A DNA stretch of 64,000 nt from Convolutriloba macropyga (taxonomy: Eukaryota). Shown here in pieces: positions 1 through 12,994 of the stretch (position 1 is its first letter; each line of letters begins with the position of its first letter). A program made the position numbers and the translations under genes. The notes under the pieces are model-generated. The model was given only the letters and a program-made list of their open reading frames with translations. It was not told the DNA's origin and searched no databases. The stretch lies in assembly GCF_964194025.1 (NCBI RefSeq), contig NC_134473.1:60202001-60266000 (forward strand), given 5' to 3'.

Positions 1-27
1 TTTGAACTTTTGGAAGTTTTCTCACTG

Positions 28-105
28 TTCCTCATTTGGTAGACAAAAACTTTGACGAGCGGGGTCGGTATATTATGTGCGAACGCACATTACCGAGCTT
101 CCTTC
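28..105 (+). mobile_element. Helitron-like 3' terminus (non-autonomous family, copy 1)
   Basis: Perfect hairpin ATGTGCG-AA-CGCACAT (75-90) ~11 nt upstream of a CTTC/T end. Homologous to 49420-49503 (ends CTAG|T) and 52284-52375 (minus strand, ends CTTG|T). A hairpin followed by CTRR is the canonical Helitron 3' signature. Confidence 0.6.
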
Positions 106-2358
106 TTCATCATAACTTTTATTTTACCGGCTATTGTATTTTATGGGAGGGGGCGTGTTGTGTTGTTCATTGTGCGAAATCGTAATTGACCTTCGCTTCA
201 ATCTCAATTACTAAGCGGCGGGCCTTAATTATGTAATCCTCCACTAGAGCACTGGCTCTTATTCTAAACAAAGATTGAGATGTATTTAATCTTTTGGCCT
301 GAGGCCTTATGAGGAAGCCACACCGGGATAAGTCTGGACTGTCAAAAATTACAAGCCGGATGCCTCTGGTTAGGTACAATAGTAACTGTGACATTTTGGT
401 TTTGGTATCAATTTAATTCTCGTTAATGCCTGTCACATATCTGATATGACAGATAAATTCAATATCAATATGCATCAGTCCTATATAGAGATACTAATAC
501 GGTACTATTAGTCTATAGAGACCCTGTTTTGGTAATCGGAGCTAAAGGTTACAAAATGCTGGTGCTGTTTACGCTTCCATTCATTAATGAAGCAGAGCAA
601 ATTGTCAGAAAGGTACTGAAAAAACAGCGGTACAAAAAAGTGGTTGTTAAGTTATAGTTTCCTTAAGAAATTTATGTGATTTATCATAAAACTATTTCTC
701 AATTACACCAAAAAATGACGTGCAAAACTGTCCATTCCCCCCCCCCCCCCACAACAAAAGAAGTAGAAAGGAACTTAGATTTCCTCCTCGTAATCACCCC
801 CCCCCCCCCTTTAAAAAAAATTTTGGTTATCATTACGCTGTATGAACGAACTAATAAGGTTTCTTTGTAGGGAGTATGGTTCCCATTGTCCCATTGTCTT
901 ATAACATGAAAGAATAGAGAATATCCACTACCTTCTCTAAATTCCCTTATAAACCTATGTTGATACTGTAAAGTTAAAGTGTTAGATGAAAATTGTACTG
1001 TAAAAGATCCTGTAAAAGTAGAGTAAGGCCTCTCGTAGATTAAGGCATCTCGTAGAGTAAGACCTCTCTAAGATTTCTACGATAGTGTGTGTGTATTAAA
1101 GCCGTACTAAGGTACTAAGCCGTCCTAAGATTAATTAGGTGCCGCATTATAGTTGCATCAAGAATATAAAAATAAGAAAACAGCACAGTACCGCCACTTA
1201 CTTGATAAGTCATCAAAAGGTCCGATGGTTCTAGCCAAGTGATGTCATTAGCAGTACTAAAAAACTTTAAAAAAGACAGATAGTAAGATGCCTAAGGTTC
1301 AGGGGATAAAACAAAGGTCGGTCTAATATATTACTGAAACTAATTGCTCGTTAATGCTAATGTAGTTGTATCGAAAACTATACTGATAATGCTTCAGTTC
1401 GTTTTTACTCAAAAATTGTACTTTTGAAATAAAATGGAGATTAAATTAATTTGAAGATAAAGTTCAACAATTTTTTCATTCTTACTTCTATTTGTCTAGG
1501 GCTGAATCCGCCTAAAATGTTTGTGCTTTTTAACTGCCGGGATTTTTCTTTTTTCGATATTATTGACTCAATTTCTTCTTCTCTAATAAGATACTTTAGA
1601 CTACGTGATTCGTATTCCGATATAAGTGTCTATTATTTTTCTTGTAATTTTTGAAGCTCTGAATATCTTGTCTAAAGAACGAATAAAAGAAACTCAAATT
1701 GAATTAGCATTTTTTGTAAGATTGTTTTTAGGTGGCCAGATTACAGAAATGATTTTTGGGTACCGTGTCGTAAATAGTTTGGACCAGCCTTATACTATTC
1801 CATACTAAAATTTTCAGGTTTTTCACACCACCCTATAAGTCTGCTTAAGCTCTCATAGTTTCTGTGGTTTGCACTAAAGTGTGGGCAATCTAAAAAGGTT
1901 CAAAATTTGAGAAAAATGCAGTGCCAAAATTTAAAATAAGAGCTGCATTTCGTAATTTTTGTTAAGTGCATCTGATAGTTACATGCACTGCGTAATGACA
2001 TTCTACAATAAATCAGACTGTAAAATCACAGAGAGTCTAAATTTTAGAACGTAATCCCTAATTTGCGGCAAAACACACCCGGGTCGAGTTTTCGTTGCAA
2101 AATATTATAGGAAGACTATAAATTGCTCAGGAAGATATTAAATTTAAACTCAAAAATCCTATGTCCTTGTGGTTCGCTATGGCTCTGGTGATATTTAGGA
2201 CAGTTTTAAGACAGAAATTTTGGGTAGTTTTGACTAACGAATCTTTTCTCTAATGTCTGTAATGTCAAAATTAAGTCAGCACTTGCATGCGGAAAATTTT
2301 GCATGGGGAATAACCTGATTTCGACAATAAAATTGCTCTAGGAGTTCAACAATGGAAC

Positions 2359-2364
<6 letters not shown>

Positions 2365-2402
<38 letters not shown>
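2365..2402. repeat. (TA)n microsatellite
   Basis: Pure TA dinucleotide run. Confidence 0.95.
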
Positions 2403-2406
<4 letters not shown>

Positions 2407-2449
2407 TTTACTATTGAGCTATTGAGCTTTATCTCAATTCAATTGGTGG

Positions 2450-3420
2450 CGAACAATGATGTCTTGACAATTTTACAAGTCAATGGACTTTACACGAGAA
2501 ATTGCTTTCGTAACTTGCCACGAGGATTTTTTTTCGATGGAACGATCCTGTAATATAACTTCTAAGATCAGGAATGACAAAATTATTATTATGGTTTAAA
2601 ATTTTGCTCTCGTCGTACGAGATCTTATAAGAAGTTGCAAGACAGTCATGATAATCAATGTTGGTTTGAAAACTCTTTATATTTGGTTCTGAACTGACCA
2701 CCGAATTGACCTTTCAAAAATGACTGATATGGACGATGTAATTTTACGAGCATTGTTACCTGACTCCCAATTTTCCACATTTAAACTTAATTGTTGCAGC
2801 TACTCAATTATACTGAATGGAACTGGGTGTGAAATTTTCATGAACTTACAATTCTTAATCGACAAGTAGTAACAAAAATATTTCAATTACAATGAACAAG
2901 TGATGCGAATTAAGGAAAGGGCTCCATCTATTAGACTTAACAGAAGAAGTTGGAAATTTAATTTATTTGGAGGTTACCCAACAAAGAGTTTTGCCCTAAT
3001 CAAACCAGTTCTGTTCCATTGATGTAGAAATTACCATAAGGCATGTTTCATTTAATTTTCTCGTACAATTTTAACCCGATTAAGTACATCTTAAAGCCCA
3101 TAATTTGTGCCCGAAAACTGTACTTCATTTGTTTCATTTTGTTCACGATTTATCTCGAAGCGAGGTTATGTATATTTATGCAATAGCTACGTTGCCTCGG
3201 CATTTTTTGGGTGACATCTACTTCGTTTAATCGTCTAATATTAATTGTAATTAACATTTAAAAACTCAATGTACAGTTTTTCACAATATACAACAGATTG
3301 AATTTTCTCCGCCGTTGGTGTCAATATTTACACAACTATGGTATCGTCAGAACACAATTTCGAAAAATCCTTAATTTTGCTTGATAATATAATTAAAACT
3401 GAATAGATTCAAGATTTGTA
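2450..3420 (-). mobile_element. Highly degenerate non-LTR retrotransposon (CR1-like) RT C-terminal remnant
   Basis: Minus-strand translation near 3330-3385 gives SKIKDFSKLCSDDTIVV (resembles KLFADDTKI). Further on, FYINGTELV resembles the CR1 'Y.ING..L' segment. Many stops and frameshifts; boundaries approximate. Confidence 0.45.
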
Positions 3421-3699
3421 GAACCAACCCATAGTCTCACCAACCCATAGTCTCTCAATTTTAGCAGCAACTCATACACTGATCAGAAAATCACGAACTA
3501 AAGTGATTCATCTCTCGCTGATCAGCCAGACTTTCATGATCTAATGATAAAATAATAATACGAAAACAATATAATATTAATAAAGAAGTTCTATAAACAT
3601 GGTTTAACCAAGCTCACTAAGTCCCTAGCGCGGCTTGAATTTGATTTCTCTCAAACACTGTCCATCCATATGTGTATTATCTGTACTTAAATTTCTTCT

Positions 3700-5400
3700 T
3701 AGCTAAATCAAATTGATATTCTTTGACTTCTCTTTCGAATTTAGGAGTTCATGAATATGGGTTATAATAGAGAAAATCACGTTCCGGTGACATCGAATTG
3801 TTGAAGCTTTTAACTCGGTAGAAAAATTACATCGACAACGCTGGCGATTACATTCGTTTGAGTATAAAAATATATTCTCGTTAGGTCGTGTTTTGGGATG
3901 TGCATTTCTCATTTGCCAAGACTGATCTTGCGAAATTTTGCTTGAAACCACGAGATCCGAGAAGACAAGAGATTGGATGTCAATTTACTGATCGAATAAA
4001 ATCATTGTGATCTTTACAAGTGAAATGATTGCTTGATTTTACCCACTTTAAAATTTTCTGTCTGAAGTCTTTCTTTTTGCCTGACGATAGTTTCTCTGGC
4101 ATACCAAATATTTCATGCCTAAAACAAGACCAATATAATTTAACTTTTGACTAGATTCCTTTTTACTGACACTTTTGTTCACTTGGAATTGATTTCTTTA
4201 AATGTGTAGAGTTCTGCTTACCTTTTCGTAGAACAATACTCATGTGGTAGTCCCACGATAAGACTTTTGAACAAAACTTGTCCAGGTCTTCAAAATTTTG
4301 TTTCCAGTAAGATGGTTTCCTTGGTGGAAAAAGCAAAATGTTTTTAATTTGATTTTTTTGTAAAGAAAAATGCACATTTTAAAGTTTAACCAATACTCTT
4401 TGCTCCAAATAATAGCATTATCAACATCTTTTTCGAGCTGCATTTTACGGTCCAGAGGGGAAAGTGACTCTTGAAGCCCAGGGCAGGTGATCTGTCAAAA
4501 CTCAGATTTTTCTTCAACATATTACAACTCTCTGCTGTCTATCGCTAATATGCTTCAAAATTCCTGAAGACGGCAATATCAAATCTCATTTGGCAAAATT
4601 TTAAAGTTATGAAAATAAAAGATAATGGTATCAGAGGCTTTTCCTGTGTCGAGAAACACTATCATCAGCTATTTGTTTGCCTCCAGTAACTTTTACAACC
4701 TTTGCAGTAGAAAAGCAAATGGGTGATATTTGAACGATTTTTTCTAAAAGCGTGTTGCTCTACGCAAAGTTTTTGTTGCAGAAAGATCGAGAACTGTTTT
4801 TACATCATACGCTCAAATAGTAGTGACCAGGAGCTAAGCATGGCAAACAGTCGGTAGCTCTTGATATCTAACGACTTGCTACCGTTTTTGAAATGGGGTC
4901 GTACATGCGCTTTTTTTCCACAAACTATGAGAATCACATTTGCTAACAACAACTGAAAATAAATAAAAGTTGGTTCGAAATATACTGTAAAGCAGACTTC
5001 AGATATTGCAGGCTAGTTCCGTCAAAAGAGTAAGCACCAATACGTTTGTTTTTGATCTCCTCGCCCAGAGGTGCTTTGCTTAATTGAGGGTCACCAAGAA
5101 ATACTTCTGAACGTTGATTTAGTGGAATAGCAACGTCAGAATTGTCTTGAAGAAAAACCGAAGGAAAATAGTTGTTAAAACATTCTGCAATTTTTTTGGA
5201 TCCAAAAACTTCGTTTTCCGTATAGACCATTTTTTCAGAGAGAGATGACTTTTTTGTTTTTTGTCTCATCAATTTATTTGCATCATTCGTTGACCAGACC
5301 TTGCTTTTTTCCGCAAATTTTTTTTTTCACTGTTTAGAGAAATAGATAATTGTTTCCTGATTTGTGAAATTTTCTGTGCGTTTTTCTAAACTTTACAAAG
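3700..5400 (-). mobile_element. Degenerate CR1-clade LINE ORF2 (reverse transcriptase) remnant
   Basis: ORF 4943-5272 has KKIAECFNNYFPSVF (pre-RT motif). IVFLDTGKASDTI at ~4625-4665 resembles YLDFSKAFDTV. QLEKDVDNAIIWSKEYWLNF and DLDKFCSKVLSWDYHM resemble LQ.DL..L..WS..W.L.F and DLGV..S..L.W..HI. Motifs are in the correct order but frameshifted. Confidence 0.75.
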
Positions 5401-6626
5401 CTGTTCTGAGTTTATTTTCTGAATGGATACTCTAAGAGGACATGTAAAAAGGCGCATTGGTTCTTCTAGACGTTTTCAGTGGAAGCCGATGTTATATCAC
5501 CCTACGTTCATTTATTTTTTGCTAGTTCAACCCAAGGATCTTTTCCATGATTGCCCCTTTTCGCGTAGTAAGCTCCCTTCAGTGGCAACATGTGAGGCAA
5601 TATATGAGACAACATGTGAGGCATTATGTGAGTATACATAGTAAATCGTAAATCATTAATAGGAGTTAATGGTATGAGGGCTTGCGAAGATGTTGGGGGG
5701 GGGGTCTAAGAGTACGGCGTTTGGGGGTTAATCTTGCCAAGGTCTTGCCATGTTACACGGCGAGATAATATCAAGATATTTGCGAACTTGCAAGATCTTT
5801 GCATGGGTATCGAGAAACAAAATCTTGGCAAAGAGAAGAACAAAAAATATCATGCGTAAACATAGAGGGGTGAACGATCGGAAAAGATGCCAGCCCGCTT
5901 TTGAATGCCTAGAACTTTATGATAACTTTAGGGCCAATTTTCCAGCGTTTATTGGGAATTAAAGTCATTCTAAACTGCATCAATAGTTCCATTTAGAATT
6001 TAGATGCCGGACTGTCTGTCTGTTTTGGTTCAAAGAAAGCCGACTCTGTTTTCAAACAGCGTTCACTTCAAAAGCTATCCTGAGCCCATAGTCCCTTTCA
6101 AATATAGCTTACTTTTATTACCTGCAAAATTTAAAATGAGCTTTTGTTGCCTGCTTGGAAAATAAACAAAGCTTTGAAGAAATGGACTACTATTTGTTAT
6201 CAAAAAGTGTTTAGTTACCATTTTCTTTTCAAATTCCCAGACCACCAATTATTATGTGATAGATAACATTATATTGCAGCTTTTCAATAAAAATTGGTTC
6301 TTTTAATAAGTCATGGCGAATTAAGTTAATTCTCGAAATAAATTAAGAAAAATGAGGTGCGCAGCAATGCAAGCGAGTTCGAATCAGATCACGACTTGGG
6401 TCGCGCGCAAAAAGAGGGGAGAACAACGCGGGTTGAAGCATATTTCTCTATTTTTTTTTAATACCATGTCGAGGTCTCAAACCGAAAAGGCCCAGGTTGA
6501 GGTACAGATTCAAATTGTCTTCTAATCAGACCCACTCCAGCGCACGCTCGTGTGTTTCCATAGGGAAATTACAGGGTCTGGGCGGCAGTTCGGGTGCACT
6601 ACAGTCTGGACCATGGTCTGGACATG

Positions 6627-6759
6627 GTCTGATCAGAGGTCGCTTCGGTCTGGAAAGTCTGATCGTAGTCGGATTCGAGAGCACTTGGGTCTTATCATAA
6701 CCGCTTCGAGTGCTCTTGAGTCTGATCAGAGGCGGCTTCGAGCGCACTTGGGTCAGACC
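6627..6759 (+). repeat. GC-rich ~31-32 bp minisatellite, ~4 diverged units
   Basis: Units resembling GTCTGATCAGAGGCGGCTTCGAGCGCACTTGG start at ~6627, 6657, 6689 and 6720. Confidence 0.7.
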
Positions 6760-7203
6760 TTTTTGCAGCGCACAAGTGTCATTTTTGCGTTCCATTTTAA
6801 ACATTAGATGTACCTCCAGGTCTAAGGTGGCCCAAATGAAGCTCGCAAAAACTTACTCTGTTACTTGGGTGAGAGCACTTTACAATGGATTTATCTTATG
6901 TTGTTTTGGAAAAAAAATGAATTTTTGGAGTATGATTTGAGTGTATTTTGTTATTTCAACCAAGGATTTCGAACCACGAGGGTCGGAAATCTGCGTAGGC
7001 ATAAAATGTTCCGACCCCGATTGTTCACATTCATGGCTAAACTGTTTTCCAAACGAAGCAGAATGAAGCAAATGATTTCCGATTTCAACCGACATGTGTA
7101 TCAAGACATGTGTATAAAAAAACGGCTGAAAATTTGATCTCCACTAAAAAGACTCTCTGATGTCGATAATAAACATTTTCTTCTAGCAAAAACCTCGTAA
7201 TAC

Positions 7204-7822
7204 TGTGATATAGTATTATATACTCATTGCAATGATTCATTAAATTTGCGGAGCTAATCAAATTGTTTAAAATCGTAATTTAGTTCATTTTGTCATTTCG
7301 CACTTGTTGTTAGGTTTCATCTCTTGAGTTGCAAATAATTTCCTCAAATTGTTCTGAATCTTCAATTGTTTATCCGACTCATTGTCTGATTATAAGTTTA
7401 CTTGCCTGATCTTTGCCGCTATTTTAATTTGTTCATTTCTGTTTGTATATAATTTGGTGATCAAACTGCTGATCAAATCCATATTTTATTTTACTTTCTT
7501 TCTCTTGAATCCAAAAACATTGCTCAGTCAACTCTCGTTTGGTACTACTAATATTCTAAGCATATCCCCAAAAAATAATTCAAATCTAGAAATCAGTCTT
7601 TCACTAAACGAAACTCTCTAGTAAATTTCTCCCTTGTATTAGCGAAGCAAAAATCTCCCAAATCTCCAAAATCTCCAAAATCTTTTAGAAATGAATAATT
7701 ATGTCAAGCAGAACTTTAAGCGGTTTCGCGGAGTAAAACTAACCAAACAAAAATTGCTATAACAAATCGGAGTCTGCAGAGCCAAAGTACAATTTGCTAA
7801 GAGTTTGCAAAACCGCATGACA
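7204..7822 (+). repeat. 5' LTR of Gypsy A
   Basis: TG...CA termini (TGTGAT...ATGACA, imperfect inverted repeat); aligns along its length with 12393-12994. Confidence 0.88.
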
Positions 7823-7836
7823 TGGCGCAGCCAGCT
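7823..7836 (+). promoter_or_regulatory. Primer-binding site of Gypsy A (tRNA-Ser-like)
   Basis: TGGCGCAGCCAGCT lies immediately after the LTR's terminal CA. TGGCGCAG is complementary to the ...CTGCG-CCA 3' end of invertebrate tRNA-Ser. The tRNA identity is inferred. Confidence 0.7.
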
Positions 7837-8044
7837 AACCTCGGATATAGAAAACTCCCCCGTCAAACTAAACATTTTGGGAACGCGCAACACTGGCACC
7901 AGCCATCTGGTAAGAGAAATTGCGAATTCGGGAGAAACTAGCAAGCTTAACACGAAAAAACATCACATGGGGTTCTCTTCTCGAACACAAACCAACGAAA
8001 GTAAAAACTTCCAGTCGAACCAAAATATGACGCAACAATAAAAG

Positions 8045-8870
8045 ATGCAAATGAGCACACAGAAAGACAAGAGGGAGAGAGAGAGGCAAATACGAAACAG
8101 TCAAATAAAATTGCTGCGGAAGCTGAAATGCCATAAACTTACAGAAGCAGGAATTCTTTGTGGAGTGCGCATACGGACAATGTGCGATCAAAAACGTGTT
8201 TCTCTACCATATATTGGCTTCGGCACAGAAGGTCGACGAATACTCACAATATATTCATAAAATTGTCTCATGATATCATCTACGACATGTCAACGCTCAA
8301 ATTGTGGGATATGCTTGATCTAGTTTTCATTTAACCACGAAATATAACCTTTGATCGGTTTCTTTTCATCTCCCAAAACAAAAGAAAGGCGAAACGGTTG
8401 AACAATTCTACATCACCCTGAAAGAATTAGCAGAGAACTGCAATTTTGAATATCGTCAGGAAGACATATTAAGGGACATATTGATCAAAAACATGCTAGA
8501 GGACAACATTTAACGGGAAATGTTTCGCGATAAAATTGAACTAGAAATAGCACTGGGTTTTTCTGTATATATGGAAGTGCGACAACAAAACCAGTAACAA
8601 ATCTCATTGAATAGTACAGACGTCAAAAACGCAGTACAACAATATAATCGATTCCGCGGCGCGAGAGCACGACCACAACAGCGAAATAGAGACAACATCA
8701 AACGTGAACCCAATGGCATCTGTAGAAGCTGCGAAAAAAACTCGTCGGCAAATCACAAACAGACTTGCATCGCAATGGGTAGGAAGTGTAATAACTGTGA
8801 CTTTCCCAATCCCTTCGCGAAGGTGTGTCGGAAAAAACAGAACACCAAAAAACACATCACAAAACACTAG
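8045..8870 (+). pseudogene. gag: Gypsy A gag pseudogene with zinc knuckle
   Basis: Fragments KRVSLPYIGFGTEGRRIL, PRNITFDRFLF, GETVEQFYITLKELAENCNF and CIAMGRKCNNCDFPNPFAKVCR (CX2CX4HX4C knuckle with H>P). Contains stops and frameshifts. Confidence 0.85.
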
Positions 8871-9039
8871 AGTAATTAACACCAAAAATCAAGAAAACGC
8901 AGAAAATTCTGATGAACAAAATGCTTATTGTATCCATTACAATGAACATTACTACTCCCTTTACGAGTCCTCAGAAGATAATCATATAGTCAACCTAATC
9001 TACACCTCGATAGGTCTCGCAGTGTTTTTTCAATCTAGT

Positions 9040-11340
9040 TAGTGGCGATATGACAGGCGCATACTGCTTCAAAGCGGGCTTTTATGGCTTGATGGATATG
9101 TCTGCCTATATTCAAAAAGCATTCGATTGTACATTGATTGGACTCAACATATGTTTTCCCAACGATATTCTCATAGTTACCAGGGGAGAAACATAAAGAA
9201 CTTGAACAGTTAGCAAAAACTCTCTGCAAAATTAGACGACGAAAACATGCGAATTAACTTTAGTTTATTACTTTAATTTATCAGAATAAATAGGTCATTA
9301 AATCATCCAATTTGGTGTAGAACCCGTAGCAAGTTAAACAGCTGCAATACCACTTCACAAAGCACCAGCACTTTTTAAAATCTGAGATCGTTTATGAGTT
9401 TGGTTTATCATTTAAGAAAATGTATTCCAGATTTATCCCAACTATGCTACCTTTACGACCACTGCTAAAAAAACACAAAATTCATATGGTTGAATGAAAA
9501 TGAATGAACATAATTTTTTTTGTTTTGTTCCAATAAAATAATGAAAAAATAGCTGAAACTACTGAAAAAAATAATTTAGCCGGGATTTTGATGAAACACG
9601 CATAAAAGGCGACGCTTCAACAAAAAGTCTAGAAGCGGCATTCAAAAAACATACCCGGATGGTTGGTAAACAGTAGCTTTCACCTTGCGTCTTCTAAACT
9701 CAGTAGAAGAAAGCTCTAGTGTTAACGAACTAGAACTTCTCGAAGGGTTTGGTCAGGAGATGAGTCGACAGACTACTTCCGTTAGATTCCTCAATCGATC
9801 ATTTATCAGCCTCAAAAATGGGTCTATTAGAGAGCTTTTTGCGCGTACTTCAACAGGCAGCTGCTAATATATCCACATTCGATGAGCAATTCATATTTGC
9901 TAAGTTAGATGCAATCAAACTTTGCGGAGAATTGTATATTAAATACACACAATTATGCTGATTTTGCGGGGAGAATTGAGGCAAAGAAAGTAATTTTAAA
10001 TATTCTACGCAACAACAACAAATTAATGCGGGCAAAAACAGGAATTTTCTGAAAACTGTAAAAATGACAAAATGATGAGCGAATGAAATACCACTCGTTA
10101 AATTTCTGGTGTGTCAGCACTCAAAACGAACATTTCAAATCCGCTTTTCTTCCAATCTTGCGCATCATTTAATTGTTTTCTAGTACTTCAACTTCTAACA
10201 GAGGTGCAAAAAAATTGCAACCTGCTTTAATGATGTCAAACTCTGAAGAAGAAACCCTATCTAACATCCGCTAAACTAAATCCTCAAATGATAGATTTGC
10301 AGACGAAGCAGGGCCGTCAAATGCAATCCCAACAGCACCCTCTACACCAGGAACGGATGCAACATCAGTCACCAATACCCCATACCCCTTCAAAAACAGG
10401 GGACTTGTACAACGATTCGTTCAATTTCGTCTGAACATTCTTTTCACGCTCAATGATGGCCAACCTAACCTCTAGGGACCCATTTCACAAAGAGATCAAT
10501 GATTGTACCCTAACTGAGAACGAACATGATTAGAGCAAATATTATCGTACATACAGAGTAACTGGAAAGATCTGCATGTGAGGAACAGCTCTGAATGTGT
10601 CGAGGATTGAATTGCGAATCCAGCACCAACAAGGACGCATATGTTGTGGCCAATCATGCAAACCGCCCGGGAAGCTGGGGAAAAACAGACACGGCATTAC
10701 ATGCAATGGTGCCCTTTCAAGCACAGCAATCTGCTGACCAAAAGAACCGAGTGCAACCCCTGCGTTAAGATTGGTTATGTATTTCCTTCCATTAAATGGA
10801 AATCACTAGTGCTATGTAGAGTCCCATTGCAGAATTTCAAATAGATTATGGTGGCACAAATTTCAATGAAAAATTCAAAAAGTATAGTTTTTGGCATGTT
10901 TAGATTGTTTTTCAAAAAACCTATTGCAGCTGAAGTATTTGATAGAGCAAACGCGCACAAAGTTTTAGAGGTCCTTCAAGACTATGTGTTATTGCACAGC
11001 ATACCATGATCAATTAGACTGGATCAAGCTAAATGTCAAATCGGGCAGCAAGTTAAATTGTTCTGTAATCAAAACAATATTAATTTTAGTGAAGCTCCAA
11101 TACGCGATCATAGAGCGATTGAATTAAAGGAGAAGCTAATACTAACAATTGAAACTCCTTCAGCATGCATTAAGACCGGGGCGCAAAAGCAGTTTAATTT
11201 GAAGGCTTCACAAAATTCAAACTTATTAGTTACGAATATGTCATCAAAAGACAATAATATGTTACCCTTTGAGGACCATTTTGAACAAAAACCTAACACA
11301 CTTTTTCGTAAAATAACTAGAGACCCAGACCCAAGCACTT
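9040..11340 (+). pseudogene. pol: Gypsy A pol pseudogene (partial RT, RNase H, integrase; protease and N-terminal RT deleted)
   Basis: RT: GFYGLMDMSAYIQKAFD and ICFPNDILIV (decayed YLDD). RNase H: KGDASTKSLEAAF and LRLLNSVEESSSVNELELL. Integrase: SYWKDLHV, IRLDQAKCQIGQQVKLFCNQNNINFSEAPIRDHRAIELKEKLI. Confidence 0.88.
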
Positions 11341-12392
11341 TATTATATGAACCAATTTTGAAGACTCATTTAGTCCATAAAACTGTCATATGGTACGATT
11401 TGGCTCAAGAAAATAGTTGGGAATATGGCTCCAGAAGCGATATAGAAACAAAAAAAGACAAAATACTCGCAGGCCGCAGTGAAAGGGAGAAAAGCGGACT
11501 CAAAAAAGTCAAGAGTAGTCCAACAGCCAAAAATAGGATTATCAATCCCAAGCACAGAATCTAGTCTTACATTAAAATTGGCAAACAGGGACTGTAATGT
11601 AAGCGCTCGAAATAGGGTCTAGAAGAGATATACGACTTTCTAGCTTCTATATCATCCGTATTGAAAACGTACAATTACACCTCTGTTATAAAGGAACGGG
11701 GGAAGCAAGAAGTAACCATTCAAAACTGAAATCTTGCGAAAATGGGAACGAGACAGAACACCAAACAGAATTGAGCCAATATGCGCAACGGAGACCCAAA
11801 CCGATTACGCGAAAAACAACTGAGGAGCTAATACAAAAACGGTAAACATGCCCTTAAAAAATCAGAAGGAGGAAACCAAATCAAACATAGACGAGTTACC
11901 GATAAAACAATTTTTGTGTCTTCAATCCACTCAAATGTAACCAGAGCAATTCGAAAGGGAACGCCCATTATGCCCAAAGCGACTGTAGCAATCGCGCCAC
12001 AAGTGTCCACACTAAAAGTCGATACGACTCTCGCAGAGCAAATTGTTGCCATTTTTCCTCTGTCTGCAAAACAGCTTCCCTCGAGACAAAAGTTGTGGCA
12101 AATCATTAAACAAAAACAAAAAACAAATAAAATTATAATCTCGACAATTCAAGAAATAGCACGCCAAAACCCTGATGGCTCCGAAACCAGCAAGCAAATT
12201 GGATCTTGATCCCAAACCCAGTACACCAAATCAATACTACGTCTTCATAAACTACGAAGAAACATCAGAGACAGTAATAGAAGCAGAATGTGCACCTGAC
12301 ACGGAATTTGAATAAGAAAACAAACTTACTGAAAATAATTATTTCATTAGATGAACAAATTGCAAATTTGTTTATTTTTGCCACGAGTGAAA

Positions 12393-12994
12393 TGTGATAT
12401 AGTGCTAATTACATTTCAATGATTCACTAATTTTGCGGAGTTAATCGATAATTTTTTGCAAAATATTAGTTTAGTTCATTTTGACATTTCGTACTTTTTG
12501 TTAGATTTCATTTCCTGAGTTGCATAACTTTTCATCAAATTTTCAGTAATGTTCTTTTGGTTATCTGACTCATTGTCTGAGGAAAAGTTTAGTTTTCTGG
12601 TCTTTGCCTCTCTGGTATTTTAATTTGTTTATCTCTGTTTGTATGTAAGTAAGTGATCAAGATGTTGATCTAACTCTTATATTTTTTTCAATCAATTGAA
12701 CAGAATTACATTACTCAGCTGACTCTCTTTTAGTACTGTCATTATGCGAAACAAATAACGCAGTAATAATTCACATCTAGAAACCAGTGGCTCGCTAAGC
12801 TAAACAATCTAGTATTGTCTTCCCTTGTATTCACGGAGCAAATGAAACCGAATTTTTTTAGGAACTGAATCATTCTGTCAAGAAGAATTTCAAGCAATTT
12901 TGTGGAATAAAAACCAACCAAACCGTTGCAATAACCAATCGGAATCTGCAGAGCAAAAATATATTTTGTTAAAAGATTTTAAAACCGCATGACG
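12393..12994 (+). repeat. 3' LTR of Gypsy A (its distal part founds the satellite array)
   Basis: Starts TGTGATATAGT after a weak purine tract (ACGAGTGAAA) and ends CCGCATGACG; diverged copy of 7204-7822. Confidence 0.85.

Larger units (their letters stand above)
7204..12994 (+). mobile_element. Degenerate Ty3/Gypsy LTR retrotransposon, element A (both LTRs, internally deleted)
   Basis: Direct repeats of ~600 bp at 7204-7822 and 12393-12994 begin TGTGATATAGT and end CCGCATGAC(A/G). A PBS follows the 5' LTR. gag, RT, RNase H and integrase remnants occur in Gypsy order (RT-RH-IN). Confidence 0.92.

Noticed and set aside
167-1810. Polinton/Maverick or viral remnant (ORF 167-394, hairpin near 490-515)
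   Set aside because: No recognisable polymerase, integrase, ATPase or capsid motif; the ORFs are short and uninformative.
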